Positions 35,678-47,200 of a DNA stretch of 64,000 bases are shown here, piece by piece. This DNA comes from Centroscyllium fabricii (Eukaryota), in NCBI GenBank assembly GCA_051313645.2, contig JBNRSN020000009.1:39804001-39868000 (forward strand), given 5' to 3'. Below the pieces are notes generated by a model. That model saw only the letters and a program-made list of their open reading frames with translations, did no database searches and was not told the origin of the DNA. The translations under genes were made by a program, and so were the position numbers. How positions within the stretch are numbered: position 1 is the stretch's first letter; the number at the start of each line of letters is the position of its first letter.

Positions 35678-37200
35678 GTCTCATGCATTGACCTGTCTCA
35701 GTTTTGTGCCAATCCCCAAGCAGCTGCCCGTCTCTTGCACTCATCTCAGTTGGATTTGAGATCTCAGCACAACTTCCTGTCTCTTATTTCAAGTTAGTTG
35801 GGAGGCCACGCCCAAGAAGGCTGGGTGCATCCTGTACCCATGACCGCAGCTGCCCTGTAGTCACATTCTGTCTCTTGCTCATGCGTGCCTCAGTTAGGTT
35901 TGAACCCCAGGATGGCTGTCCACTTTTTCAATTCATCACATTTGAGGACCCAAGGTAGCTCCCAGTCCCTTGCCCATGCTTGGCTCAGTAGGGTTCCGGT
36001 TCTAGGATAGTTGTGTCCTGCACTCACTCTCTTCTGTTGAGTTTTAGTCACATGGCTGACTGTTACCTGCACTCACTCACTCACTTCATGTAGCTTGCTG
36101 ATTCCTGGTAACTCGTCTCTTGACCACCAAACAAAACAGCAAATGGAAACAAGGCATTTTGTCTCAAAAAAGGCAGTAAAGAACATCTGCTGATTGGCCT
36201 CTCCTGTGGGGCAGTTGTAGAGTGGTACAGGTCCGACACCGTTAATCCGGCACGGTCGGGACCAGGCCGGTGCCGGACTAGTGAAAAATCCGAATGACTG
36301 AAGCTTCGGCAAGCGCATGCGCAGACCATTCAAAATGGCCACCGCGCATGCTGGCAGCCATTTTGAATGGTCTGCGCAAGCGCTCGCCGAAGCTTCAATC
36401 ATTTGGACTGACTCAAATAGGAGTTGGGGAGAGGCCCGGGCATGCGCAGCCAAGCGCGGTGGCCATTTTGCGCATGCGCAGACCAGTCAGGGAGAGGCCC
36501 GGGCATGCACAGCCAAGCGCAGCAGCCATTTTGCGCATGTGCAGATCAGTCGGGGAGAGGCTCGGATTTGTGCCGGACGACTTAAGTTTCCGGATTAACG
36601 GTGTCCGGATTAACGGCGCCGGACCTGTATTAACTGTAGCTGTGAAGGAGTCCATGACCTAGACCATCCTGCCCTCGAAGCTGGTGGAGAACTCATGGGA
36701 TGCGAAGGAAGATTGTGGGGAACATTTTTACGTTTATAACATTGAAACCGAATCATAATTTATAATTTAAAATTGGTGCCAAAGCTGACTTTACAAAAAT
36801 CTAACGTTTTTTAAGACCTGATTCATGCAGGTAGGTTATACAGTGCCAGGTGTGGCTCAGTTGGTAGCACTCTCACCTCTGGTTCAGGGTCACACTCCAG
36901 AGACTTCAGCACATAAAGCTTGGCTGACACTCCAGAGCGGTGCTGAGGGAGCGCTGCACTCTCGGAGGTGCCGTTTTTCGAATGAGACTTTAAACCGAGG
37001 TCCCGTCTCCCCTCTCAGATGGATGTAAAAGATTCCACGGCACCATTTCAAACAAGAGCAGGGGAGTTATCCCCAGTGTCCTCACCAATATTTATCCCTC
37101 AACCAACATCACCAAAACAGATTATCTGGCAAGTATCCCATTGTTGTTTGTGGGACCTTGCTGAGCACAAATTTTCTGCCATGTTTCCTACATTTCAAAA

Positions 37201-37935
37201 CATAGAAACATAGAAGATAGGAGCAGGAGTAGGACATTCAGCCCCTCGAGCCTGCTCCGCCATTCGATGAGATCATGGCTGATCATCCAAACTCAGTACC
37301 CCATACCCATATCCCTTGATACCTTTAGCTCTAAGAACTATATCTAACTCCTTCTTGAATATATTTAATGACTTGGCCTCAACTGTCTTCTGTGGTAGAG
37401 AATTCCACAGGTTCACCACTCTCTGGGTGAAGAAATTCTTCCTCATCTCTGTCCTAAATGGCTTACCCCTTATCTTTATACTGTGACCCCTGGTTCTGGA
37501 CTCCCCGGCCATCGGGAACATCCTTCCTGCATCTAGTCTGTCTAGTCCTGTTAGAATTTTATAAGTTTCGATGAGATCCCCTCTCATTCTTCTAAACTCC
37601 AGCGAGTATAAGCCCAATCTACCCAATCTCTCCTCATACATCATTCCTGCCATCCCAGGTATCAACCTTGTGAATCTTCGCTGCACTCCCTCCATGGCAA
37701 GAACATCCTTCCTCAGATAAGGCGACCAAAACTGCACACAATACTCAAGGTGCGGTCTCACCAAGGCCCTGTACAACTGCAGCAGGACATCCTTGTTCTT
37801 GTACTCGAACCCTCTCGCTATGAAGGCCAACATACCATTTGCCTTCTTCACCGCCTGCTGCACCTGCATGCTTACCTTCAGTGACTGGTGCACAAGGGCA
37901 CCCAGGTCTTGTTGCACTTCCCCGTCTCCCAATCC
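37201..37935 (-). mobile_element. CR1 LINE 3' fragment inserted in a Deu-SINE
   Basis: 221-aa CR1 ORF2 C-terminus, (CTATGTTT)n tail, TSD CAAAA. Confidence 0.93.
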
Positions 37936-38072
37936 CAAAAGTGCTTAATTAGCTGTAAAGTGCTTTGGGACTTCCTGAGGTCATGAAAGGCGCTAGAAAA
38001 ATGGAAGACTCTTTTTTCTTTTTCCAGCAATTATAGTGCTGTAAGGCAACAGTGCTAACCATTATGCCACCG

Positions 38073-38392
38073 GGGCGGCACGGTGGCATAGTGGTTAGCA
38101 CTGTTGTCTTACAGCACTAGAGACCCGGGTTCAAATCCAGCCTCGGGTACTATCTGTGTGAAGTTTGCACATTCTCCCCGTGTCTGCGTGGGTTTCCTCC
38201 GGGTGCTCCGGTTTCCTCCCACAGTCCAAAGATGTGCGGGTGAGGTTGATTGGCCAGGATAAATTGACCCTTAGTGTTAGGGGGGATTGAATATGTGGGG
38301 TTACGGGGATAGGGTGTGCTATGTGTCAGTGCAGGCTCGATAGGCCGAAATGGCCTCTATCTGCACTGTAGGGGTTCTATGATTCTATGATA
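38073..38392 (+). mobile_element. HE1-like V-SINE; other copies at 27409-27812 (+), 42133-42368 (-) and 47136-47536 (-)
   Basis: tRNA head (A box TGGCATAGTGG, B box GGTTCAAATCC), V domain GTGGGTTTCCTCCGGGTGCTCCGGTTTCCTCCCAC, and a CR1-derived tail. Confidence 0.9.
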
Positions 38393-38557
38393 TGCAAATA
38401 AGAGCAAGATCTTTTGTGAGCCGCTGAGCCCATTCAAAGATGAAGACCAGATGTGTGCTGTCTGTTTCCATTGACATGATGTTCATTGTAACCAGAGATA
38501 CACATTTATATTCCTGTCACAGAACAGAAGGTATGACTCTCTGTTTCTTCCTTGCAG

Positions 38558-38682
38558 GAAGAGTTGAGCCAGAGATGCTGCACACGTACAGTAAGATTGA
38601 CCCTTTCGATACACTGATCCTCTGCGTCCGTGTAGCTGTGCTGATTGCTGTCACCCTCACTGTGCCTATCGTACTCTTCCCG
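38558..38682 (+). CDS. SLC38A3: SLC38A3-like exon (125 bp)
   Basis: Acceptor ccttgcAG, donor GTAAGT. Encodes (G)RVEPEMLHTYSKIDPFDTLILCVRVAVLIAVTLTVPIVLFP. Confidence 0.95.
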
Positions 38683-38742
38683 GTAAGTGCTAGGACCAGT
38701 GTGTGCTCCTCGAACCTATACAGACAGTTTTATTTTACATTA

Positions 38743-39533
38743 CAGGTACACAACCCCTTATCCGAAACCCTTGGGACCAGATGTGTTTCGGATTTCGGAA
38801 TTTTGCTATTTTCACAGTGAAATTAAACTCAAAATCACAAAATAACAAAACAATATCAGAGAGCAGCAGACTGGTAGCAGCGCTGAGACACAACTGACGC
38901 CTCACACCTGCGTGGGTCAAGTGTTGGCCACGTCGGGTCATGTTTGGCGCAACTTGGGTCATGTCAGATTCAGATTCAGATTCATTTTATTGCCACATCA
39001 CAGATACACTGGTATAAATGCGAGTGAAAAACTTGTGTGCATAGCTCCTCAACAGTGCAGTAACAGAAGAACAAAAAACAATCCTCAAGCAAATTTACAA
39101 GTTACAGTTTACAAAATACACATTACAAAATATACTAGTAAGTATATAATATAAATACAAATACCAGGTGGGTATGAGCAAATTTGCAGAGTGCAGGTAG
39201 GGGTGTAAAGGTGTAGAGATGTCAGGGTTCGGGGTGGAGTGAAGGTGCGGTGGTGATAGTAGGTGTATTGGTGAAGGGAGGTGCCTCTCTGTAATTCACC
39301 GTATACTGACCGGGGGTAGGGGGGAGGGGAGTGCTGGCCCCGGGCTGTTGCACTGAGCAATTGTTAGCTGTTCAGCAGCCTGATGGCTTGAAGGTAGAAG
39401 CTGTCCCGGAGTCTGCTGGTCCGGGACCCGATGCTGCGATACCGTCGTGCACACGAGTGACGCTCCACGAAAAAACTTTCGGTTTTCAGAGCTTTTCGAA
39501 TTTTGGAATTGCGGATAAGGGGTTGTATACCTG
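38743..39533. mobile_element. Tc1/mariner-like MITE with a nested LINE fragment
   Basis: TA|CAGGTACACAACCCCTTATCCG...CGGATAAGGGGTTGTATACCTG|TA. Confidence 0.85.
38966..39447 (-). mobile_element. Rex1-like LINE 3' end nested in a MITE
   Basis: AATAAA plus (TGAATC)n tail; short coding remnant SFY..AIRLLN on the - strand. Confidence 0.65.
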
Positions 39534-41581
39534 TACCAGAATACGGTGTTAGAAAAGGTGCAGATTCACTGGCGAAGGCTCGCTGTAAACTGATGGTCCA
39601 GGTACTGAATGCAACAATTGTCTCTCTCTGACCTTTTAATTATTCCCTGTTTTAATGTTTCTTTCATACTCTCTATTCTTTTCCTACTTGAAAGTTTCTT
39701 TTCTGATCTCTTTTCCTTTTTCTATAAGGTTACCAATTGTCTTTCTCAATCTTTATACAGCACAGCATCCAAATGGTAGAAATCATGTATCACAACAAAG
39801 TACTGTAATGCATTTTTTTTTAGATCTCTGAATATCAAAAGGAAATATAATGCTGGCAGAAAAAAATAATCCTAACTGATGGATCACTGAAATTTTCAAC
39901 CTTGTAATTTCTAAAAAAAAATTTAAATCGTTCAAAATAAATCACTGTTGACAACTCTTCACGAAAGGTACTGATCTAGGTGGCCCACATTATTGCGAGT
40001 ACTTTATTGCAACGGTACTGTATTTTACTCTTGGGACATATCCCATCGAGGGCCAATTTACTTTGGCAAATAGCAAAGTTAAGCAATACCATATAAGGGT
40101 AGAAGTTATTGCTGGTGATGTTATCAGAAAAACGTTTAGGGCACTCGGACCAAATTCCTCATCCTGCTTTCTTTAATCGAGGAAGAAAAAATGAGTCAGC
40201 TCGTGAGTAAAATCTCAACTGGTCTACTTATGTCCTTCAGGGAAGGGCACCATTACCACCTCTGCCCGGCCTGCCCTACACGTGACTCCAGTCCCACACT
40301 ATCTGGTTGACCTTTAGTGCCCTCTGATGTGGTCCAGTTGTACAAACAATCGCCACTAGCAGTTCAAGAAAAAGGGCCACCACCTATTCTCTTTCTCTAT
40401 CTTCATACAGCATAGAAGCCAAGTGGTTGGAGCCGTGTATCACAGGCAGCAAGAGATGGGCAATAAATGTGGCATTGCCAGCATTGCCCAAATTCTGAGA
40501 GCAATGTTTTTAAATACATTACCAACAGTAACCTCTACCGTAGAACGCCACAGGTAATTACATAAGTGAACTAGTTGCACAAATTAGAAGCAATAAGAAT
40601 GCATTGCTAGTCAAAAGGACCTGAGGGTGCCTTCATCACATTAACAAGTACAGTGATGCAGCTTCCTAGCCCTGCAGCAAGGATTGCTGGTGTGTGTGCT
40701 TGAACCTACAGCGGGGCGGGGGGGGGGTGGGGGGGGGGGGGGAGAACAGAGCGAGGACGAAGAGCTCATTCTTAAGGGTCTTAATCTTGTATCTTCCAAG
40801 TGTCTTATTTTGATCCCAACGTTAAGTGTTGAGAAAATCAGTAATGCTACACAAGACTCCTGCAAACATCATGGGCCCGCATGCACGCGCCCGTAGGGGC
40901 TGCGCGAGTTCTGGGTTTAGACATGTGAAGCGCATGCGCTAGAACCCGGAACTTGCGATCTGTCAAGAATCCCATTGAGGACGATGGCCAGAGAATTTAC
41001 TGTTTGGTCAAACCATTGAAATATTTACTGTTTAAAGGTTAAGGAGCCCACAGTTGCAGTCAACATAATTTTTAAGAACTTCACATCTCAGTGTAGAAAA
41101 CTCATGCCCTCGCACCTTCTGGTGTATGTCACCCCAGATTACTACTTTTTTTTAACTTTGGGACATTTGTGCACTGGGGTAAGCACATGCAACAAAACAC
41201 AGAACTCTTTAAGACATTCCCATATTGCAGCTACCTTAATAACACACTGGGGCCAGACTGGTACTGGACTGACATCAGACTGGCCATTTTTATCATGGTG
41301 ATGGACATAATCCCACCTCGTAGAAAGTTGAGCTTGGTTGCGATTGATTGGCATGGGCTTCATTATGGTCGTGGAGAGTGCAACAGCCTGCAGTGTTCCA
41401 CCATCACAACTGGTGGAATGCATGAGTACCAGAGACAGAAATGATGGAGGTGTGGGTAGCTGGAGCGGGGTGGGGTGGGGTGGGGGGGGGGGGGCGGTTG
41501 GTAAAAGGGACAAGGAATATGCTGGAGGGGATATTTCTGGTGTTTTAAAAAAATCCTTTCTATAATTTTGCTTGTTTACAG

Positions 41582-41726
41582 GTGCGCCGTGCTATCCAGC
41601 ATATGCTATTCCAGAACAAACCCTTCAGCTGGATCAGACACACCATCATTGCCATCATCCTCCTTAGCATCATCAACTTACTGGTTATCTTTGCACCTAA
41701 CATACTTGACATCTTTGGAATTATTG
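41582..41726 (+). CDS. SLC38A3: SLC38A3-like exon (145 bp); last exon found in the window
   Basis: Acceptor tttacAG, donor GTAAGT. Encodes VRRAIQHMLFQNKPFSWIRHTIIAIILLSIINLLVIFAPNILDIFGII(G). Confidence 0.95.
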
Positions 41727-41744
41727 GTAAGTGGGATGCAGCTA

Positions 41745-42128
41745 CAGGAAACTCTCGATTTACTGGCACCTAAATAACCGGAAATCTCTGTTAACCGGTG
41801 AAATTCAGGAGTAGGTTCAGGTAAGCTTTACATCATATTAGTGGCTGTTCCTGCCTGTGTGGCTTTGTAACCGGGGTTCCTGCACCTGTTGCTAAGCAAC
41901 AGGAATGCCTGAATTTATGGCCATGGTTCTTACACCTGTTGCTAAGCAACAGGGAAGCCTGAATTTGTAGCTGTGGTTCTTGCACCTGTTGCTAAGCAAC
42001 AGGGAAGCCTGGATTTGTTGCTGTGTATGGGGCTCTCATACCTTTTACTATACCTCTCTGTAATTTGGACTTTTTGATAAACTGGTACCATGTCGGTCCC
42101 GTCGGTGCCGGATAAAAAGAGTTTCCTG
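41745..42128. mobile_element. Tc1/mariner-like MITE starting 19 bp after a splice donor
   Basis: TA|CAGGAAACTCT...AGAGTTTCCTG|TA, with three internal 50-bp repeats. Confidence 0.82.
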
Positions 42129-43852
42129 TACTTAGAATAGAATCATAGAATCCCTACACTGCAGATAGAGGCCATTTCAGCCCATCGAGCCTGCACCGAC
42201 ACATATCCCACCCTATCCCCGTAACCCCACATATTTAATCCCCCTAACACTAAGGGTCAATTTATCATGGCCAATCAACCTAACCCGCACATCTTTGGAC
42301 TGTGGGAGGAAACCGGAGCACCCGGAGGAAACCCACGCAGACACGGGGAGAATGTGCACTCCACATAGAGTTATGATGCTGTAATAAAATCACACAGCTC
42401 GGACGATATCCTAATCTAAGGTACCATATAATTCTCCCTATAACAGCTCGACAGTGCTATCTGATATAATGCTTGGTTATAGCTCCCTTTATAAACCATG
42501 CAAACACTAATATCGTAGACACTGTGCTGTATAATGTAAATTGCTTCTTCTTTCTTGCTAATAGAGAAACCGTATGAAGCACACGGATCGGCCCAGAAAT
42601 TGCAGTGGAGCCTTTCATGCGGGTGCAGTGCTGCTTAACGCACTTTAATTGCCCATATTCAGTTTTGCTTTTTTGCACTGAGAAATTCCCATTAGCCCTG
42701 CCTGTCAGAGCTCCATGCAAGTTCTGAATGGCGTAATTAGTGCGAAGTGGCTTTTGAGACCAGTTGATTGGCAGGGAGCCAATCAGTGGAAGCAATTCTC
42801 CGTTCAAAACTTCCACAGAGAAATCTGTGCGAGTTTTGAAAAGGGAGAATCTCAAAAGACACCTAAACACAAAAATAAAATTTTACAAACACCACATTTT
42901 TTAAACATTACCCCAACTAACACAAATAACCTATTTTAAAGAAAAAATAAAAATTTGCAGAAAAATGTTTTCACTTCCAACCGGTCTAAAAAAATACTTA
43001 CCTGTCTTTAAAGTTATCAACAATTAAAAACCTGAAAAAACAACAATTAAAATCAATAAAATATACACTTACCAGATGAAAACGGGTGTTAACGACTGCT
43101 TTTTCCCAGCGTTAATTTTTCTTCTCTTGGTCCGTAGAAAAAGTTTTAAAAAACAGTGGAAAGTCTGGGCGGTCCGTAGTTCGATGCTTCCTGCGGTGGA
43201 CCACACAGGAAGCACTGACCCCCCCCCCCCCCCCCCCCCGCTGGGCGGCACAGGAAAGCCTGAAGCGTGCGCACCGGCAGCTTCCTGCGGGTTTAAGCTC
43301 TGGTGCGCCCGCACCAGAGCTTAAACCCGATATGCGATGATGGGAATTTCTGGGTTGGCTCCCGATCAATATGGCTATTTGTCTGAGCCCTTTAAGAGCA
43401 GCAGTGACGCTTCCCACCAAATAAAAAAAGCCACATTTTGTTGAGCCACAGAACTCTGTGGGTGAAGCAATGGGAGGACAGGACAGCAGCGGAGTAGATG
43501 TGGAGCCTCAAATGGAATGGAATGCTATGGCATGGGGGGGCCATGATTCTGTACCTGCGATGTCCTGTATTCCGAGTGCTCCGTCGCAGGTGCAGTCCAT
43601 GAGAAGGCAAACTGAGCTTGAATGACAATCATAGGAGAATCACCCTGGATGCTCATGTTTCAGATTAGCACTGGCCTGGTAGCAGAGCAAGTGTTTGGTG
43701 CGCTTGTTTGTCCTGATGTCTGGTATTTTTTTATGGGAAAGCAGTGGCCGCCTCTTTGCTGTTGGTGTGCTCTATCTACCCTGTGGCACAAGTGGATAGC
43801 TGTTTCCTTATCTCCCTAACGTACTGGTTAAAAATTTGGGTCAGGTGCGTGC

Positions 43853-44285
43853 TTGGCTCAGTGTTAGCACCCTCGCCTCTGAGTCAGAAGATTATGGGTT
43901 AAAATTCGACTCCAGAGACTTGAGCACCTAATCCAGGCTGACACTTCAGTGCAGTACTGATGGAGGTGCCGTCTTTCAGATGAGACATTAAACCAAGGCC
44001 CCGTCTGCTCTCTCAGGTGGACATAAAGCATCCCACGGCACTATTTTGAAGACGAGTGGGGAAGTTTCCCCTCACCCCCAGTGTCCTGGCCAATAGTTAT
44101 CTGTCAACTAACATCGCTAAAACAGACTATCTGGTCATTGTGGGATCTTGCTGTGCACAAATTGGCTGTCGGGTTTCCTACATTGCAACAGTGATTACAC
44201 TGCAAAAGTGCTTTATTGGCTGTAAAGTGCTTTGCGATGTCCTGAAGTTGTGAAGGAGGCCATAGAAACCCAAGTTCTTTATTTT
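43853..44285 (+). mobile_element. Deu-domain SINE (SacSINE1/AmnSINE-like); other copies at 1-866 (-), 7500-8212 (-), 8385-8790 (+), 10725-10990 (-) and 36849-38015 (+)
   Basis: tRNA-like head TGGCTCAG...CTCTGAGTCAGAAG, core GGAGGTGCCGTCTTTCAGATGAGAC.TTAAACC.AGGCCCCGTCTG, and tail GTAAAG.GCTTTG.GATGTCCTGA. Confidence 0.8.
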
Positions 44286-47200
44286 CTTTGTCGTGGGCCA
44301 TAGGCCATAGACAATGTACGGAATTGATCTGGAACCGTCTAACTAGCCAGCATCTCCAGGCCCTTTCTGACCAGATACTTATCTCAACCTCCCTTTGTCC
44401 TGGCGGCAGCAGCAGCAGCTCCAGACCAGTTGACGTCTCATCACATGAGGCCCCACCTTACTTCAAGGCAGAATGAATTGGTGGAATGGGGAGATGAGAC
44501 GGTGTGTGTGGGGCAAGGTGTTGGGGGAGGCTTCCTCGGAAACCAGTAACCAGTAACTGTATTTCAGCAACTTGACAAGTCTGACCCCTCCCATATTACT
44601 GCGATAAGCTGTGTCTTCCCACCACTTCTTCTCTTCTTAGGCAGTCCCTCAGAACCGAGGAAGAGTTGCTTTCACACGAAAAATGAGTTCTCAGGTGACT
44701 GATGAGTCCATTGCGGGATCTACAGTCTCTGTCACAGGTGGGGCAGACGGTGGTTGAAGGGACGGGTGGGTGGGGTGCTTGGGTTGACGTGCACTCCTTG
44801 CGCTGCCTGCGCTTGCTACCTTTTTGTGCAGCACCTGTTTGTAATGCTGGTTGCTCACATTGGTGCGCCTCTTCCCAACGTAAGAAATGTTTGAAACGAT
44901 ACGTGTCGTGACTTGATTGTAACCCAGTCCCTGAAGCAGCTTTTAATGCCACAAGTTTTAGAATGTATGTAAATCCACATACAGGCAGTAAGTACTTTAA
45001 CGTGATGGCACACCCTCACGTTCTGGTCTGAAACCGGTGAGGTTTTTCTTGGTCTTAGCGGTTGGGGCCATTTTAGTCCACACTAGCAGAGTTAGACTGT
45101 GCCTTTCCTAACACGTCCAAAATATGTCCACCAACCCTGACATTCTCTGAACTTCCGAGACCTCGACCAGGGTAACATGCGATTAAATTCACAGGCTGCG
45201 AGTGAGCCAAGTGTCAGCGTGTTTATTATTAGTGAAAGTGGATCGAGTCAATCTGTGGCCACAGCCTTGGGGCGGCGATCGCAGTGAAGATCATTTTACA
45301 TACCGTTGCAGCGTGGCTTGTTATATTTATTTAGCGAGTGCCCCCAGGTTCCCTATGATTTACTTTAAAGTAAAACTGCAAGCTAGGAACAACTGCTATT
45401 CAAGGCCCCAAGCACCTCCCTGATTTCCATGCCCAATTTGCTCATTTAAAAAAAAAACGTAGCTAAAAGCTAGGAGGTTTACAATAGAGCCGTGATTATT
45501 CAACCTCCTGTTAGACAAGTCCACGATTATCTGCCAACTGGACCGCTGGGAGTCGGGGCTTCGGGTCAGACTGTGTTGCGTCTTTCAACAGCTGGGCTGC
45601 GACTTTGGGTCAGGTTTTACGCGCACTTCAGTGGAACTATTACGTTGCTCAGACCAAGGATTCAGGTCAAGTTGCTTCTTTTGCAAGGCCGTACAAAACC
45701 AACTCAGAACAAAGCATGCTTTACAGAATCTTTCAGGTCAGGTTAAGTGGAGTCAGGGATCGCTGTCATATTAGAGATTCAGGATAGTTCTGATTTTGCT
45801 ATGCTGCTTTTTATTGCTGGGTAGCCACTTCAGGTCAGATCAGGGACTTGGGTTGATCTTTTATCAGGCGTGAACTACAATTCAGTTACACCACCTGGGA
45901 GTGTCCCGTCTGTTATAGCAGATAATGAAAGTGTTAACTTTATTGTGATGGTAAGAAAGTTTATTTTTAGATATTTCTTTCTGATGTACAAAATCATATT
46001 ATAGGAGGTCCCTGAGTGCGGGTTTCTGGCGGGTCAATCTGTGTATATACAAAAGACAAAATACTGCAGATGTTGGAAATCTGAAATATAAACAGGAAAT
46101 GCTGGAAATATTCAGCAGGTCAGGCAGCATCTGTGGAGCGAGAAACAGAGTTAATGAGGGGAATTTTTAAAAAGCTGTGGGAAGCTGGCGGGTTTTGGGC
46201 AGGTCAGTTTTCTGTCCCGCCCGCCCAAAGACCTGGGAGGCCCGAGCGATTTTGGCTAAAGAGGCCAATTAAATCCCCGCCGAACTGTCATGCTCTCAAG
46301 ACACACTAATGGGCGGGAGCAAAGCCCTTTACATTCACAGTTTGAGTTGGGCGGGCTGTTGATTGACAGGCCTGAGTAGTAAGAACTCACTAAGCTTGAT
46401 TGACAGATCTGAAGTGCAGCCTTTTGTTTACATAGCCTCTGTGAGTCACACTATGAAAGAACCACTTGAAACCACAAAACAAACAGTTGAAGAGAGTGAT
46501 GTTTGTTTGTGGTTTCAATGGAATGTAAACAGAAACTGATCCTTTGGGTGATTGACAGCTTGCTTCACAGACACAGCGCTGCAGCGCGATGTCTGTTAAA
46601 TAGGAGCAATATGAAGCTGAGTGATTTCAAAATTTGGGGCTCTGAAGTTTCTCACCCTTGGGTGGCAGCTGCACCTCCAGCATGGTGGAGGCTAGCAAGC
46701 TGCTGTGTGGGTGCTGTGCCTATGCCCTGAAGATGGTAGATACTCAGCCGCCTGGGTTCCCACCACCTTTTTCACGGCGGTTTTCACCAGGCGGGTTTTG
46801 GGTGGGAAGAGGGCTAAAATAGCTGAGGGCCCTTAAAATAGGATTAGCCATCCAATTAAGGGCCCTCAACGACCTCAATCTGTATACCCGCCAGCGGCGG
46901 GCGGGAGAAATGCGGGGCGGGAAAACACGCCCGACGAAACTCCCAAATGGGCGGGGATCCGGCGGGGTGCCTTCCCGCCCGCCGGATTGGAATTTTTGAA
47001 ACTGACCCGCCAGAAACCCGCACTCAGGGACCTCCTAAAATTCCCCCCAATGTTTCAGGTCTGTGACCCTTTGCCAGATATACCTTTGATTTGAAAAGAA
47101 CAAGCAAATTGCATCAAAACAATTGCTTGCGTCATATAGAAACATAGAAACATAGAAGATAGGAGCAGGAGTAGGCCATTTGGCCCTTCGAGCCTGCTCC

